64,000 nucleotides of DNA from an uncultured Verrucomicrobiales bacterium. GTDB lineage: Bacteria > Verrucomicrobiota > Verrucomicrobiia > Verrucomicrobiales > DEV007. A program made the position numbers and the translations under genes. Positions 10,575 to 19,703 of the stretch are shown here, piece after piece (position 1 is the first letter of the stretch; every line of letters begins with the position of its first letter). The notes under the pieces are model-generated. The model ran no database searches. It worked only from the letters and a program-made list of their open reading frames with translations, and had not been told where the DNA came from. The DNA is taken from contig CALKOM010000001.1 of NCBI GenBank assembly GCA_938091905.1, positions 1-64,000 on the forward strand, given 5' to 3'.

Positions 10575-11405
10575 TTAGTTAGGAAAGGCCGTGACGACAT
10601 TCCTTGTGCCGGTCTCATAGACGAAACGGATCGTCTTCAACGCCGGATTGCGTCGTTGCCCCCCCACTTGACCGCCAAGGTAGCCGATGCGGCGTCCCAT
10701 GGACACGGTGCAGGTGCTGCGCGAACCTTCATTTCGAGGACGCACCCCTTGCTGCTGCGCGCGTTCCCACGCTTTGTCTAACAACGCAAAGACCTCTGCC
10801 TCCCTGTTAGCATCAAAGACGCCGTGCTTTCCTGCGCGGCGCGGCTGATCTTGGGCGTGCAGCATGATGTGCTCGACTCGAGTGAGCCCTTTTGGATCAC
10901 GACCTTGGTAGGTGAGTCCGATGGGACTTTGCCAGGTGGTCTTGCCTGTCTGCTTCAGCTTGAAAGGGCCAGCAGAAGCTCTGTTCTCAGAGGACGCGAT
11001 GTTTGGTGTGCCACCAATCACCCTAACCTGATCAGGGCCAGTTAATTTGATCTGAGGCTTTCCCTTATAGAGTTCTACCACGCCGGTGACGACGATGCTC
11101 TTGCCCTTGTAGAGCGCGGCAGGTCCACCGGCGGGAAACTTCTTTACCAGGTCTGCCAGGCACACGATCTTGAATTCGGAACCTGCGAAATTTAGAAAGT
11201 GGGTCCCGCTCGAAGAGACGTTGGCTTTAGCCACACGGCCGGAGACATCGACCGCCTTTCCCATGGCCTCCGCGATCTTGGCCGCACTCGTCGCCGGGAT
11301 GGCGGCTTCTTTGGGGGCCTCGCCTCGCACGAGTAGGCCGATAATAGCGATGACCAAAGCTGCCAGCCACGGCAGTTTCTTGGGTGGTCTTTTCATAAGC
11401 GCCAC
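10575..11405 (-). CDS. Membrane-anchored OB-fold protein with C-terminal putative nuclease (toxin-like) domain
   Basis: N-terminal TM helix; OB-fold (VDVSGRV...HFLNF...VVTGVVELYKGKPQI); C-terminal HIMLH...HGVF...VVTAFP. Confidence 0.7.
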   Translation of the reverse strand: MALMKRPPKKLPWLAALVIAIIGLLVRGEAPKEAAIPATSAAKIAEAMGKAVDVSGRVAKANVSSSGTHFLNFAGSEFKIVCLADLVKKFPAGGPAALYKGKSIVVTGVVELYKGKPQIKLTGPDQVRVIGGTPNIASSENRASAGPFKLKQTGKTTWQSPIGLTYQGRDPKGLTRVEHIMLHAQDQPRRAGKHGVFDANREAEVFALLDKAWERAQQQGVRPRNEGSRSTCTVSMGRRIGYLGGQVGGQRRNPALKTIRFVYETGTRNVVTAFPN

Positions 11406-11600
11406 GAATAGCCAAAGAAGCGCCGGGGGTCAACCGGGAGGCTGAATTCCCACTTTACAATCGTGTCCAAGAAGCTACTTACAAAGTCATGTTCGCTTTC
11501 ATTGATATTCGCGCCGGGCTCATTCTAGCCATGTGCGCTTGCTTGGTCCTCGTGGGTATCTATCTCCTTTACGCGACCAAAGAGTTTAGGAAGTAAAGCC

Positions 11601-11852
11601 TTAGTAATTCCACGTGCCGCTATTGTTAGCGGGTGGAGGTGTTTGAGGTGCCTGTTGGGGATACTGATACGGTTGGTTGTAGCCCCCGGAAGTATCGTTG
11701 CGGTAACGAGCCTGCCCGGTTTGCGGCACACGGCTGCGCATGCGTTCGATGTCTAGTCCCATGCCGTAAAACGTGTGCCCACAGCTAGTCAGGCTGAACA
11801 GACAACTGGTGGCCAGAAGAAGACTGAAGATAGAGAGCAGCAAACGGGACAT
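11601..11852 (-). CDS. Small lipoprotein, entericidin EcnA/B-like N-terminus with Gln/Pro/Tyr-rich tail
   Basis: Lipobox LTSC followed by GHTFYGMGLDIER. Confidence 0.7.
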   Translation of the reverse strand: MSRLLLSIFSLLLATSCLFSLTSCGHTFYGMGLDIERMRSRVPQTGQARYRNDTSGGYNQPYQYPQQAPQTPPPANNSGTWNY

Positions 11853-12386
11853 TTGTTCAGATAAATTAATATTACTGAATTCTTAATAACTTTTGATCAG
11901 AAATGCAAGAAGGATTGCAGTCACTGGGCGACCTGATGGTCAATAGTGAAAGGGCTGGTTTCCGGAGTGCTTGTTCTCGATAAAGCCATCGACGCCAGAC
12001 CCGGCAACGGTTGCAACGAAGTAGATGCGGTGACGGGCGTCGTGACCGAGATCTGATTTTACGAGCTTGTTGATGCGCGCTGAGATCATGGAGGAACGAT
12101 TGAGTTGGATTTTTGCGGCCATGAAGGGGCCCCTGATTGTCGCCACACAGAGTCCGATGATCCAATAGCCAGTTTGTAGTTCATCGCTGGATGCGAGAAT
12201 CCAGCGACTCAGAATCGTGAAGGGGGTCTGTTAGGGGCATTGACTGTAAACAAGTGACACTTCATCTCAGCCAGTGCTTGTGAAGCAACGCGGCACCTTG
12301 GTCGCGATTGGGTCGCTTTTACCATGAGTTGAGGTATTGGAGTTGAATATTCTTGTGCTAGTTACATCTGGTTTGGTGATCTTGCA

Positions 12387-12734
12387 TTGTCTGGTCCTAT
12401 GCAGCCCATACCAGGAATTGCTTACCTCTCTCTGGTAGCTAATGCCTGGAATCTTTTCTTCAGGTCATGGCTGGAAGGGCGCGCTGTCGAAGATTTCATG
12501 GGTGGCTCGATTCTAGTGCTAGCGTTAGTTTGTGTAGCGCTCTGGCTGCTGATTCTGCTCGGAGCGATGCTCTATGTAATCACTTTATTCTATCTTAAGC
12601 GGCCCTTGGTGAATGCTGTTCATGCTCTCGTCGTGATCTTGATCACCTTTGCGTTGGCGGGGATACACTATTGTAAGCGGGAAAGGAGGCTCTTTGACAG
12701 GTGGCCACATCTAAGGGTCATAAATGGACGCTGA
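12387..12734 (+). CDS. Hypothetical membrane protein, probably a degraded fragment
   Basis: Hydrophobic helices; another hydrophobic segment (LNILVLVTSGLVIL) lies just upstream in a different frame. Confidence 0.4.
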   Translation: MSGPMQPIPGIAYLSLVANAWNLFFRSWLEGRAVEDFMGGSILVLALVCVALWLLILLGAMLYVITLFYLKRPLVNAVHALVVILITFALAGIHYCKRERRLFDRWPHLRVINGR

Positions 12735-12745
12735 TTTCCGTATGC

Positions 12746-13921
12746 CTACATCGGAATCGTCGCAGCGTCGCCGATCATGCTATTGCTGATGTCTTCGGTG
12801 CCAGCTTCCGTGTTTTCTGTTGGATTGCTGTTAGGCAATTGCTCCATGAGTACTCGTAGGTCGTTTGCGTACTCGCTATCCAGTCCAGTTTTGACGAGTT
12901 GGCGGTGTAAGTCGGCAGCTCTAACGAGGTTTGCTTCTTCGGCCGTGGCAATACGTTTGCCTGGGTCTGGGTGAATGAGTCCCTGACAGAGGGCAACCAG
13001 ATCTTCATTTCGAGCGACGTCGCTTGGTAGCAGCGACTGCAGGCGGTCTGGCAATTGCTGCTTGGCTTCACGAAGGGCGTCTATGGACTCAGCCTCTTTG
13101 AAGAGTCGGCAGCCTGCAAGCATTTCGACCAAGACGAAGCCGAGACTGGCCAGGTCGGTTTGAGCAGACTTGGGGGCACCATCAAGAATTTCTACGGCTG
13201 CGTAGGCAGGTGTCCAGCTGGTTCGTGCACCCCCCTTCTCCACGTCGACGGCTGAACCTAGGTCGACGAGTTGCACATCCCCTGTCTGATTCACCATCAC
13301 ATTGCTCGGCTTGATGTCGCCGTGGGCCACTCCGACTCGATGCAGCGATGCTAAGCCTGTGAGAGATTCTCGTAGGATCTGAATCGCGATGCCCGGTTTG
13401 AGCCGGGAATGATGAAGGCCTTTCGTGATGACGACGTCATTGAGCTGGGCTTTCTGCGAATCGGACAGGTGATCTCCGACCCATGTCAACGTCACTGGGT
13501 GGAGGAGATGGCGTAGATCGTATCCGTTGACCCATTCCATAACCATAACACGGATGCCGTCGTCCTCGATGAAATTGTGAACGTCGAGTAACTGATGGCA
13601 TTGCAATTGGGAGACGTGCATAGCGACTTCTGCCATGCGGCCCATATCTGATATATAGTCTGATGCTGATGCATAGACATTTGGAGAGAACGCTTTGAGA
13701 GCAATGGGTAGGCGAAAGCCATCGACGCCTGCGCGTTCGCAATGATAGACCACGCCTTGACCACCCTGACCGACATACCGGAGCCCTTCATACTGGGAGT
13801 CCCAATGAAGCGCATTTCGAGTCCTCAAGCTTTGAAACTGCTGCATCAGTGTCGCCACTCTTGGATCTTCTTGAGAATGGACTGCAGTCGAAGCGGTTTG
13901 CAATGGGCTTGATGGGTTCAC
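12746..13921 (-). CDS. Hanks-type Ser/Thr protein kinase without sensor domain
   Basis: GQGGQGVV glycine loop, IALK, MEWVNG hinge, HGDIKPSN catalytic loop, DLG, TPAYAA. Confidence 0.92.
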   Translation of the reverse strand: MNPSSPLQTASTAVHSQEDPRVATLMQQFQSLRTRNALHWDSQYEGLRYVGQGGQGVVYHCERAGVDGFRLPIALKAFSPNVYASASDYISDMGRMAEVAMHVSQLQCHQLLDVHNFIEDDGIRVMVMEWVNGYDLRHLLHPVTLTWVGDHLSDSQKAQLNDVVITKGLHHSRLKPGIAIQILRESLTGLASLHRVGVAHGDIKPSNVMVNQTGDVQLVDLGSAVDVEKGGARTSWTPAYAAVEILDGAPKSAQTDLASLGFVLVEMLAGCRLFKEAESIDALREAKQQLPDRLQSLLPSDVARNEDLVALCQGLIHPDPGKRIATAEEANLVRAADLHRQLVKTGLDSEYANDLRVLMEQLPNSNPTENTEAGTEDISNSMIGDAATIPM

Positions 13922-13967
13922 CAGTTAATCAGCAACGCCTCAGACAGAACGCAACTGAATCGAAGAA

Positions 13968-14210
13968 CTACTCCGGCGAAGTGCTTGCGCGAAGTCGGAT
14001 GGACTTTCGTAACGAGATGTTCTGCTCGCGTTCGCGGACCATGAGCTCACTAGCGGTATCATTGAGGGTTTCGAGGGGAACGGCAGACCACGTCTCAAGG
14101 TTGTTGGAGATCCCGATGATGGGAAAGATGCCTTCCAAGTCTGCACCTTTGGCGCCCGCGTGATCCGAATCAGCCGGTGTCGCTCCTAGATGACCTCGGT
14201 AGTCCGCACA
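13968..14210 (-). pseudogene. Start-less remnant resembling the C-terminal domain of a secreted surface protein
   Basis: Open frame of 81 codons between TGA (14211-14213) and TAG (13968-13970): LGATPADSD...GISNNLETW...SIRLRAS; not in the ORF track. Confidence 0.45.
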
Positions 14211-14558
14211 TCACACCTGCAAACGATGTTCGATTGCTTGCACTTCTCGGACTATACTAGTGTTTTCAAGCGAGTTCTATTGGGCATGCATCAGGAAATC
14301 GTCGCGGCCTTGCGCGGTGATAATCCGCGATCGATTCAATACATCCCAGAAGGTCAACCTGCGGTGAATGCGAACGACGAGATTACAGACCGCTGGAATA
14401 AACCCTTCTTCTTCCATGTCATCTCTAGCAATGCGGTCGAAATCATTTCAGCTGGTCCCGCTAGAGAGCTCTTCACGGATGACGACATTCGTGACGTCCC
14501 GCCTCATGCTACTGTTGAGCCTAGCCTGTCGATGGCCAGCGAAACGCCGATAGACTAG
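14190..14558 (+). CDS. GspG/pseudopilin C-terminal-like protein, probably N-terminally truncated
   Basis: DRWNKPFFFH...EIISAGPARELFTDDDI resembles the DPWG..SAGPD..DDI motif; no prepilin leader. Confidence 0.55.
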   Translation: MTSVVRTSHLQTMFDCLHFSDYTSVFKRVLLGMHQEIVAALRGDNPRSIQYIPEGQPAVNANDEITDRWNKPFFFHVISSNAVEIISAGPARELFTDDDIRDVPPHATVEPSLSMASETPID

Positions 14559-14903
14559 CAGTCTGTCGGACTTGAGCGCCGAAAGGTCAGCATTCGCTTG
14601 GCTGCGGAGGCGTTTTCCTTCTGGCCGCGGCGTCGAACACCTTCTTAGGGGCTGGCTTTTGGGGCTACTGCCATGAGATGACCCAACGGCAGTTGTGGTG
14701 AAGACCATTGGACTGGAAGGTTGATTGAACCAGGAAGTGCGACGCCCTCTGTCCTCGAATCGTGAAAGTCAGGCTAGGCTGGGCCAGGAACGGGGTAGCC
14801 ATAAGCGGTTGGTTATGGGGCTAAAGAGGATGTGCTTTGGCATTTCGTTATTTCTTTGGATTTCATTTGTTGACGAATTCTTAGTGTTGGAGAAAGCTGT
14901 GTT

Positions 14904-15458
14904 GTGCCTGACTCCGAACAGCTTCTCAAGTCTCCGCCTCGATACGATTTCTCGGTTGTTCGTCAGTTGCGTCAGCGGGAAGGGCAGACGTTGGCTCAGC
15001 TCTCCGAGGCGTCAGGGATTTCGGTTCCGGTGATTTCGAAGTTGGAGCGGAACCAGTCGGTAGCTGAACTTGAGACCATTGCGAAGATCGCTGGGGCCTA
15101 TGGGATGGCTGCGTCTGATCTCGTGGCTATGGCGGAGTCGACCCTTGCGCATCGCATGAAGGCGGATGGGTATGAGCGCGAGGGTTTCTATTTTCATCGC
15201 ATCCGGTATGCCAATCACTCCGCTTTTCTCGGCGAGGCGAACGCCGGCGCGGAACTCAGTCGACCCGACGCGCATTGCGATGACTTGGAAACGTGCTGGG
15301 TCATCAATGGTGAACTTCACGTCACCATTGGCGAGGAAGTTCACAAACTAGCCGCAGGAGAGAGTGTCCAGTTTGATGCGGTCCAGACACATACTTACAA
15401 AGCGACTAAAGATACTATCTTTATCCTTCTCCATCTTAAGAAAACGAATCGATTCTAA
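14904..15458 (+). CDS. XRE-family HTH regulator with cupin domain
   Basis: RQLRQREGQTLAQLSEASGISVPVISKLERN HTH; C-terminal cupin (H..LAAGESVQFDA..HTY). Confidence 0.92.
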   Translation: MPDSEQLLKSPPRYDFSVVRQLRQREGQTLAQLSEASGISVPVISKLERNQSVAELETIAKIAGAYGMAASDLVAMAESTLAHRMKADGYEREGFYFHRIRYANHSAFLGEANAGAELSRPDAHCDDLETCWVINGELHVTIGEEVHKLAAGESVQFDAVQTHTYKATKDTIFILLHLKKTNRF

Positions 15459-15464
15459 ACGAAC

Positions 15465-16832
15465 ATGATCCAAGCAAAGCCAGCCCTAAAACCTGTCGAT
15501 CTCAAACCTGCTCTCGAGGAGTTTTGGAAGCTCTCTGGCCAGAAAATTAGCCTTATTCGTGATCGTTACGATCACGCAAAGGGCAGTCCTGTCTTTACTG
15601 AAGCGGGCAACTACACGACGCGTGGGTGGACGGAGTGGACGCAGGGGTTCGAATTTGGTTCGGCCATCTTGCAGTTTGATGCGACGGGTGACGAAGAAGC
15701 GCTAGACTATGGGCGAACCATGACGATGGAGAAGATGGCACCCCATGTGAGCCACTTCGGTGTCCATGATCATGGTTTTAATAATGTCAGCACCTATGGC
15801 AATCTTCTTCGCCTGATGCAGGAGGGGCGATTGCCGAATGATCAGTGGGAGAAGAACTTTTACGAGATTGCGTTGAAAGTATCGGGGGCAGTGCAGGCCT
15901 ATCGATGGACAACCATTCCTGACGGAGGCTACATTTACTCGTTCAACGGTCCACACTCACTCTTCGTGGACACGATTCGTTCATGTCGTGCACTCGTGGT
16001 GAGTTGGCTGCTCAAGCATCAGTTCATGGCTGAAGGCGACAAGGAGATCTGTTTGTTAGAGCGCGCGATCCAGCATGGAATGGCGACGGCGAAATATTCC
16101 GTGTTTTATGGGGAAGGGCGCGACAGCTACGATGAGTGGGGGCGTACGGCGCACGAGTCTGTCTTCAACACGAACGACGGCGCGTTTCGCTGTCCAAATT
16201 CGCAACAAGGGTACACTGGGTTCACCACGTGGACGCGCGGTCTTGCGTGGGCAATGTGTGGTTTCGCTGAGGAACTTGAGATGATCGATCAGTTGGACAC
16301 GGCGGCACTGAGTTCGGACGTGGATTGGGCTGAGGTGAAAGCGACCTTCCTCAAAGCCGCGCGGGCTACCTGTGACTTCTACATGGCGAATACGCCGACG
16401 GATGGCATTCCTTACTGGGATGCTGGCGCCCCCGGCCTCGTGCGCATGGGTGACTATTTAGACCGGAAGTCTGATCCCTACAATGATCACGAACCGATTG
16501 ATAGCTCGGCTGCGGCGATTGGTGCCCAAGGGCTGTTGCGCTTGGGGCGTTATCTCGGTGATGAAGGCCAGGATTACTGGCAGGCGGGTCTCACCGTGCT
16601 AGAGACGCTATTGCAAAAGCCTTACCTGAGTACGGACGCTGATCACCAAGGTCTTCTGCTCCACTCAATCTACCATCAACCGAATGGTTGGGATCACGTG
16701 CCCGAGGGCAGTAAGATTGCGAACGGCGAATCCAGTATGTGGGGTGACTATCATATGCGTGAACTCGCGCTTTACGTGCAGCGGGAGGCTGAAGGTCAGC
16801 CCTACTACCGTTACTTTGACTGTGTCCGCTAG
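15465..16832 (+). CDS. Glycoside hydrolase family 88 (unsaturated glucuronyl hydrolase-like)
   Basis: HDHGF, WTRGLAWA, PYWD, DSSAAAIGA, SMWGDY motifs. Confidence 0.88.
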   Translation: MIQAKPALKPVDLKPALEEFWKLSGQKISLIRDRYDHAKGSPVFTEAGNYTTRGWTEWTQGFEFGSAILQFDATGDEEALDYGRTMTMEKMAPHVSHFGVHDHGFNNVSTYGNLLRLMQEGRLPNDQWEKNFYEIALKVSGAVQAYRWTTIPDGGYIYSFNGPHSLFVDTIRSCRALVVSWLLKHQFMAEGDKEICLLERAIQHGMATAKYSVFYGEGRDSYDEWGRTAHESVFNTNDGAFRCPNSQQGYTGFTTWTRGLAWAMCGFAEELEMIDQLDTAALSSDVDWAEVKATFLKAARATCDFYMANTPTDGIPYWDAGAPGLVRMGDYLDRKSDPYNDHEPIDSSAAAIGAQGLLRLGRYLGDEGQDYWQAGLTVLETLLQKPYLSTDADHQGLLLHSIYHQPNGWDHVPEGSKIANGESSMWGDYHMRELALYVQREAEGQPYYRYFDCVR

Positions 16833-16836
16833 CGCT

Positions 16837-17655
16837 ATGCTTTCTTTATCCCAACTCTGTGTCCACACGATGACCACGAAGCCGTGGTCGCTCCGCGAAT
16901 GCTGCGAGAACTTTGCTGCAGCAGGCATTCCTCACATTACTATTTGGCGAAATGTACTGGAAGACATTGCGCTCGAAGAAGCTGTCAAGATCGTGAGGGA
17001 TCATCCGCTTAGTGTGACGGCGCTTTGCCGTGGTGGCTTCTTTCCGAGTGTCGAGGCTAGCAAAAGGGCGGAGGCGATTGAAGACAACAAACGGGCCATC
17101 GACCAGGCCGCTGCTCTAGGTGCACCCATGGTCGTGCTGGTCTGCGGTGCGGATCCTGGGCAGTCCCTCACGGAATCGCGACGACAGATCCAAGACGGTA
17201 TTACTCAGCTTCTACCCTACGCCAAAGAACATGGCGTGAAGCTGGCCATCGAGCCTCTCCATCCAATGTATGCGGGGGATCGCTCGGCGGTTTCGACCTT
17301 GGGTCAGGCCAATGACATGGCGGAAGCGTTTGATTCAGAATGGGTTGGTGTGGCTGCAGATGTCTACCATCTCTGGTGGGATCCGGATCTGGAGAAGGAA
17401 ATTAAGCGCTGTGGAGCCGGCGGAAACTTGCTCGCCGTTCATGTTTGTGATTGGAAGACGCCTACGTCTGATCTCTTGTTAGATCGTGGTCTCATGGGCG
17501 AGGGCTGTATTCCTCTCAAAGAGATCCGGCGTTGGGTTGAGGCGGCTGGTTTCGATGGGCCGCATGAGGTAGAGATCTTCTCGTCGACCTACTGGGCCGA
17601 AGACCAGCAAGATTATTTGAAGCGAGTTGTGCAGGCCTATCGCGAGCATTGCTAA
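16837..17655 (+). CDS. Sugar phosphate isomerase/epimerase (xylose isomerase-like TIM barrel)
   Basis: ATG at 16837; LCRGGFF, AIEPLHP, DVYH, HVCDW, GEGCI, EVEIF. Confidence 0.9.
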   Translation: MLSLSQLCVHTMTTKPWSLRECCENFAAAGIPHITIWRNVLEDIALEEAVKIVRDHPLSVTALCRGGFFPSVEASKRAEAIEDNKRAIDQAAALGAPMVVLVCGADPGQSLTESRRQIQDGITQLLPYAKEHGVKLAIEPLHPMYAGDRSAVSTLGQANDMAEAFDSEWVGVAADVYHLWWDPDLEKEIKRCGAGGNLLAVHVCDWKTPTSDLLLDRGLMGEGCIPLKEIRRWVEAAGFDGPHEVEIFSSTYWAEDQQDYLKRVVQAYREHC

Positions 17656-17695
17656 AGGCGTAGGCAACCCGGCTCTTCGGATTGGATTGCGAGGC

Positions 17696-19651
17696 TTACT
17701 TAATCCAGCGGGCGCCGTATTCGTTGGTGGGGTCGCGGTAGATTGAATGCAGGTGCTCTGCGGGATCGCCGCCTAGGTCTTGGCCGCCAAACTCCAGGAT
17801 GAGTCCGGGTCCATACAAATGATAGGAGGCGTCGCTGCCAGGCTCAAAGGGACCACGCCAGGCGAAACGGCAGTCCCCTAGCTGGGCGGCGATTTCTTTC
17901 ATGCGCGCATCAGCTTGCTTCTTGGGAAGGTCGCCAACCCAGACGTGGATGAGCTTTGTAAGGATGGCGCGTTGGTCGTCGGTGAGCTTGCTGCAGTCTA
18001 GGCCACGTGGGTCGGGGCGGACGCCGTCTTTGCCAGCGCCTGCGACAATTCTACCACGACGCTCGTCTTTCAGGGCATCCTTGCGTTGAGCGTCCGTGAG
18101 ACTGGCGATGAAGTCGAAGGCGAGGGACACTTCTTTCTCCATGACGACGATCTCGTTGCCGCCTAACTGAATGGCACGTGGTTGGGTGCCGATGAAGGCC
18201 GGCGAGTAGCAAATCTTGTCTCCCTGAAAGGTGAGATTCTGCGCGAGGTGATGGCCATCGAATTGTAGTCCCCATGCTTCTTTAGCCGAGGGAGTAGCAA
18301 AGATGAGCACCCAGTAATTCGCGGTTCCAAACCCGCCTCGTTTCTCGGCCTGTTCTTTGCTCTTTAGCAACTGGTCATCTGCCCAACAAATGTTTCGTGC
18401 TTTCTCGTAGCCTTGCTTGCTCATGGTCGAGGCTAATAAGTCACAGACACGCTCAATCGTTTCGCGTTTGAGATCGCCGAGGCGCAAGCCAACATCCGCG
18501 GCGCTAGGTGGGACGTTGGTCCATTTCTTGCGCTCTTTGCTGCTCATCGGGTGGGAGAGTTGGGAGCGTTCCTTGTCGGAAAGTGCGGCGATTAGGGCGT
18601 TGGCTGCTTCCACAGGTGAGTCGAGACGTTTGGGCTCGTAGGTTGCGATGACTTCACTCGCAAGCGTCCAATACTTCGTGCCGCTAAAACGGTCCCAGCG
18701 TTTGTCCAAGGCGGCGGTGACTGGTTTACCTCCTTGAGCGACCACACGATACCGCATGGCCGAGGTTTCGCCTGGCTTGATGGCCCAACCGGTTTCTTGA
18801 ATGGGTACGTAGTTGAAGAAGATGGCGCCGCCATTGGAGTTGGATGCTGGCCAAACGCGCATGCGTTGCGGGAAATCGTGATTCGCTTGGTGGCCGAGAA
18901 TGGTTAGACTGACCGGTTTGCCCGAATTGGCTCCAGGACCCCAAAAAGCACTCCATTTCGAACGTGTTGTGTGCCCGTCTTTCCGCGTGGTGCCTTCGGA
19001 GCCTAAATAGTCACTGTTAGATATGTTCCAGGAGTGTGGTGCGCGGTAGGCAATGGGACCGCCGTAGCGATACTGAGGCAGTTCTAGCACATGCTTGGAG
19101 ACGTTTGTCTGGCTCGTCTCGTAGTCGATCTCGAACGCGCCGTCTTTCATCCGTGCGGTGACTTGGAAGGACTCTCGCAGAATCACTGTTGGCTCGGCCT
19201 CGGGGCCGTTAAGGTAAGCGACGTGTTCTTGCTCTACAGTGAACCCGGCATGATCGGCTTCGGAAACGGCGCCCAACGTCTTGGCATAGCGCACGCGGCC
19301 GGTGCCCGTTTTCAGATTCCAGAAGTCGATCGCCTGGCCATCGATCTGACATTTGACCCAAGCATGCCACAGACCGAGATGATGGTAGTGATCCTCCGGA
19401 TGAGTGCCTGTGAGGATTTCCCCTTCGGGCGTCTTCACCGGATGGATGAAGCCACTACGCTTGTAAAGGGGATCGACGCCTTCCGGGGGATCGATTTCTG
19501 CCTTGTGGTAGGTTAGGAATTCGAGATCACCGTATTTCAGAACGATGGCCGCATCAGATTCGATGGCAGAGAAGCTGGGAGCCGCTTGGGCCTGATGGGC
19601 CTGATGGGCGAAAGCCAACGCGAGGAGGGCGAGAGAGAGTCGTTTCATCAT
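17696..19651 (-). CDS. Secreted fusion of a PmoA-family/DUF6807-like domain and a DUF3500 domain
   Basis: Signal peptide; RSGFIHPV..TP.G..HPEDHYHHLGLW N-domain; WTNVP, FDGHHLAQN, HLHSIYRDPTNEYG C-domain. Confidence 0.75.
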   Translation of the reverse strand: MMKRLSLALLALAFAHQAHQAQAAPSFSAIESDAAIVLKYGDLEFLTYHKAEIDPPEGVDPLYKRSGFIHPVKTPEGEILTGTHPEDHYHHLGLWHAWVKCQIDGQAIDFWNLKTGTGRVRYAKTLGAVSEADHAGFTVEQEHVAYLNGPEAEPTVILRESFQVTARMKDGAFEIDYETSQTNVSKHVLELPQYRYGGPIAYRAPHSWNISNSDYLGSEGTTRKDGHTTRSKWSAFWGPGANSGKPVSLTILGHQANHDFPQRMRVWPASNSNGGAIFFNYVPIQETGWAIKPGETSAMRYRVVAQGGKPVTAALDKRWDRFSGTKYWTLASEVIATYEPKRLDSPVEAANALIAALSDKERSQLSHPMSSKERKKWTNVPPSAADVGLRLGDLKRETIERVCDLLASTMSKQGYEKARNICWADDQLLKSKEQAEKRGGFGTANYWVLIFATPSAKEAWGLQFDGHHLAQNLTFQGDKICYSPAFIGTQPRAIQLGGNEIVVMEKEVSLAFDFIASLTDAQRKDALKDERRGRIVAGAGKDGVRPDPRGLDCSKLTDDQRAILTKLIHVWVGDLPKKQADARMKEIAAQLGDCRFAWRGPFEPGSDASYHLYGPGLILEFGGQDLGGDPAEHLHSIYRDPTNEYGARWIK

Positions 19652-19703
19652 AACGACTCTGAGCTTCCCTCGCCGCGTGGTCCAGCCATTTGATTGATAC
19701 GTA

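Noticed and set aside
12184..12207. 9-bp hairpin TCGCTGGAT/ATCCAGCGA (also a 7-bp one at 47101-47117) as terminator or REP element
   Set aside because: No U-tract and no second copy seen in the window
17696..19651. Methane monooxygenase (pmoA)
   Set aside because: The PmoA family label is only a name; this is a soluble secreted protein with no pmoCAB context
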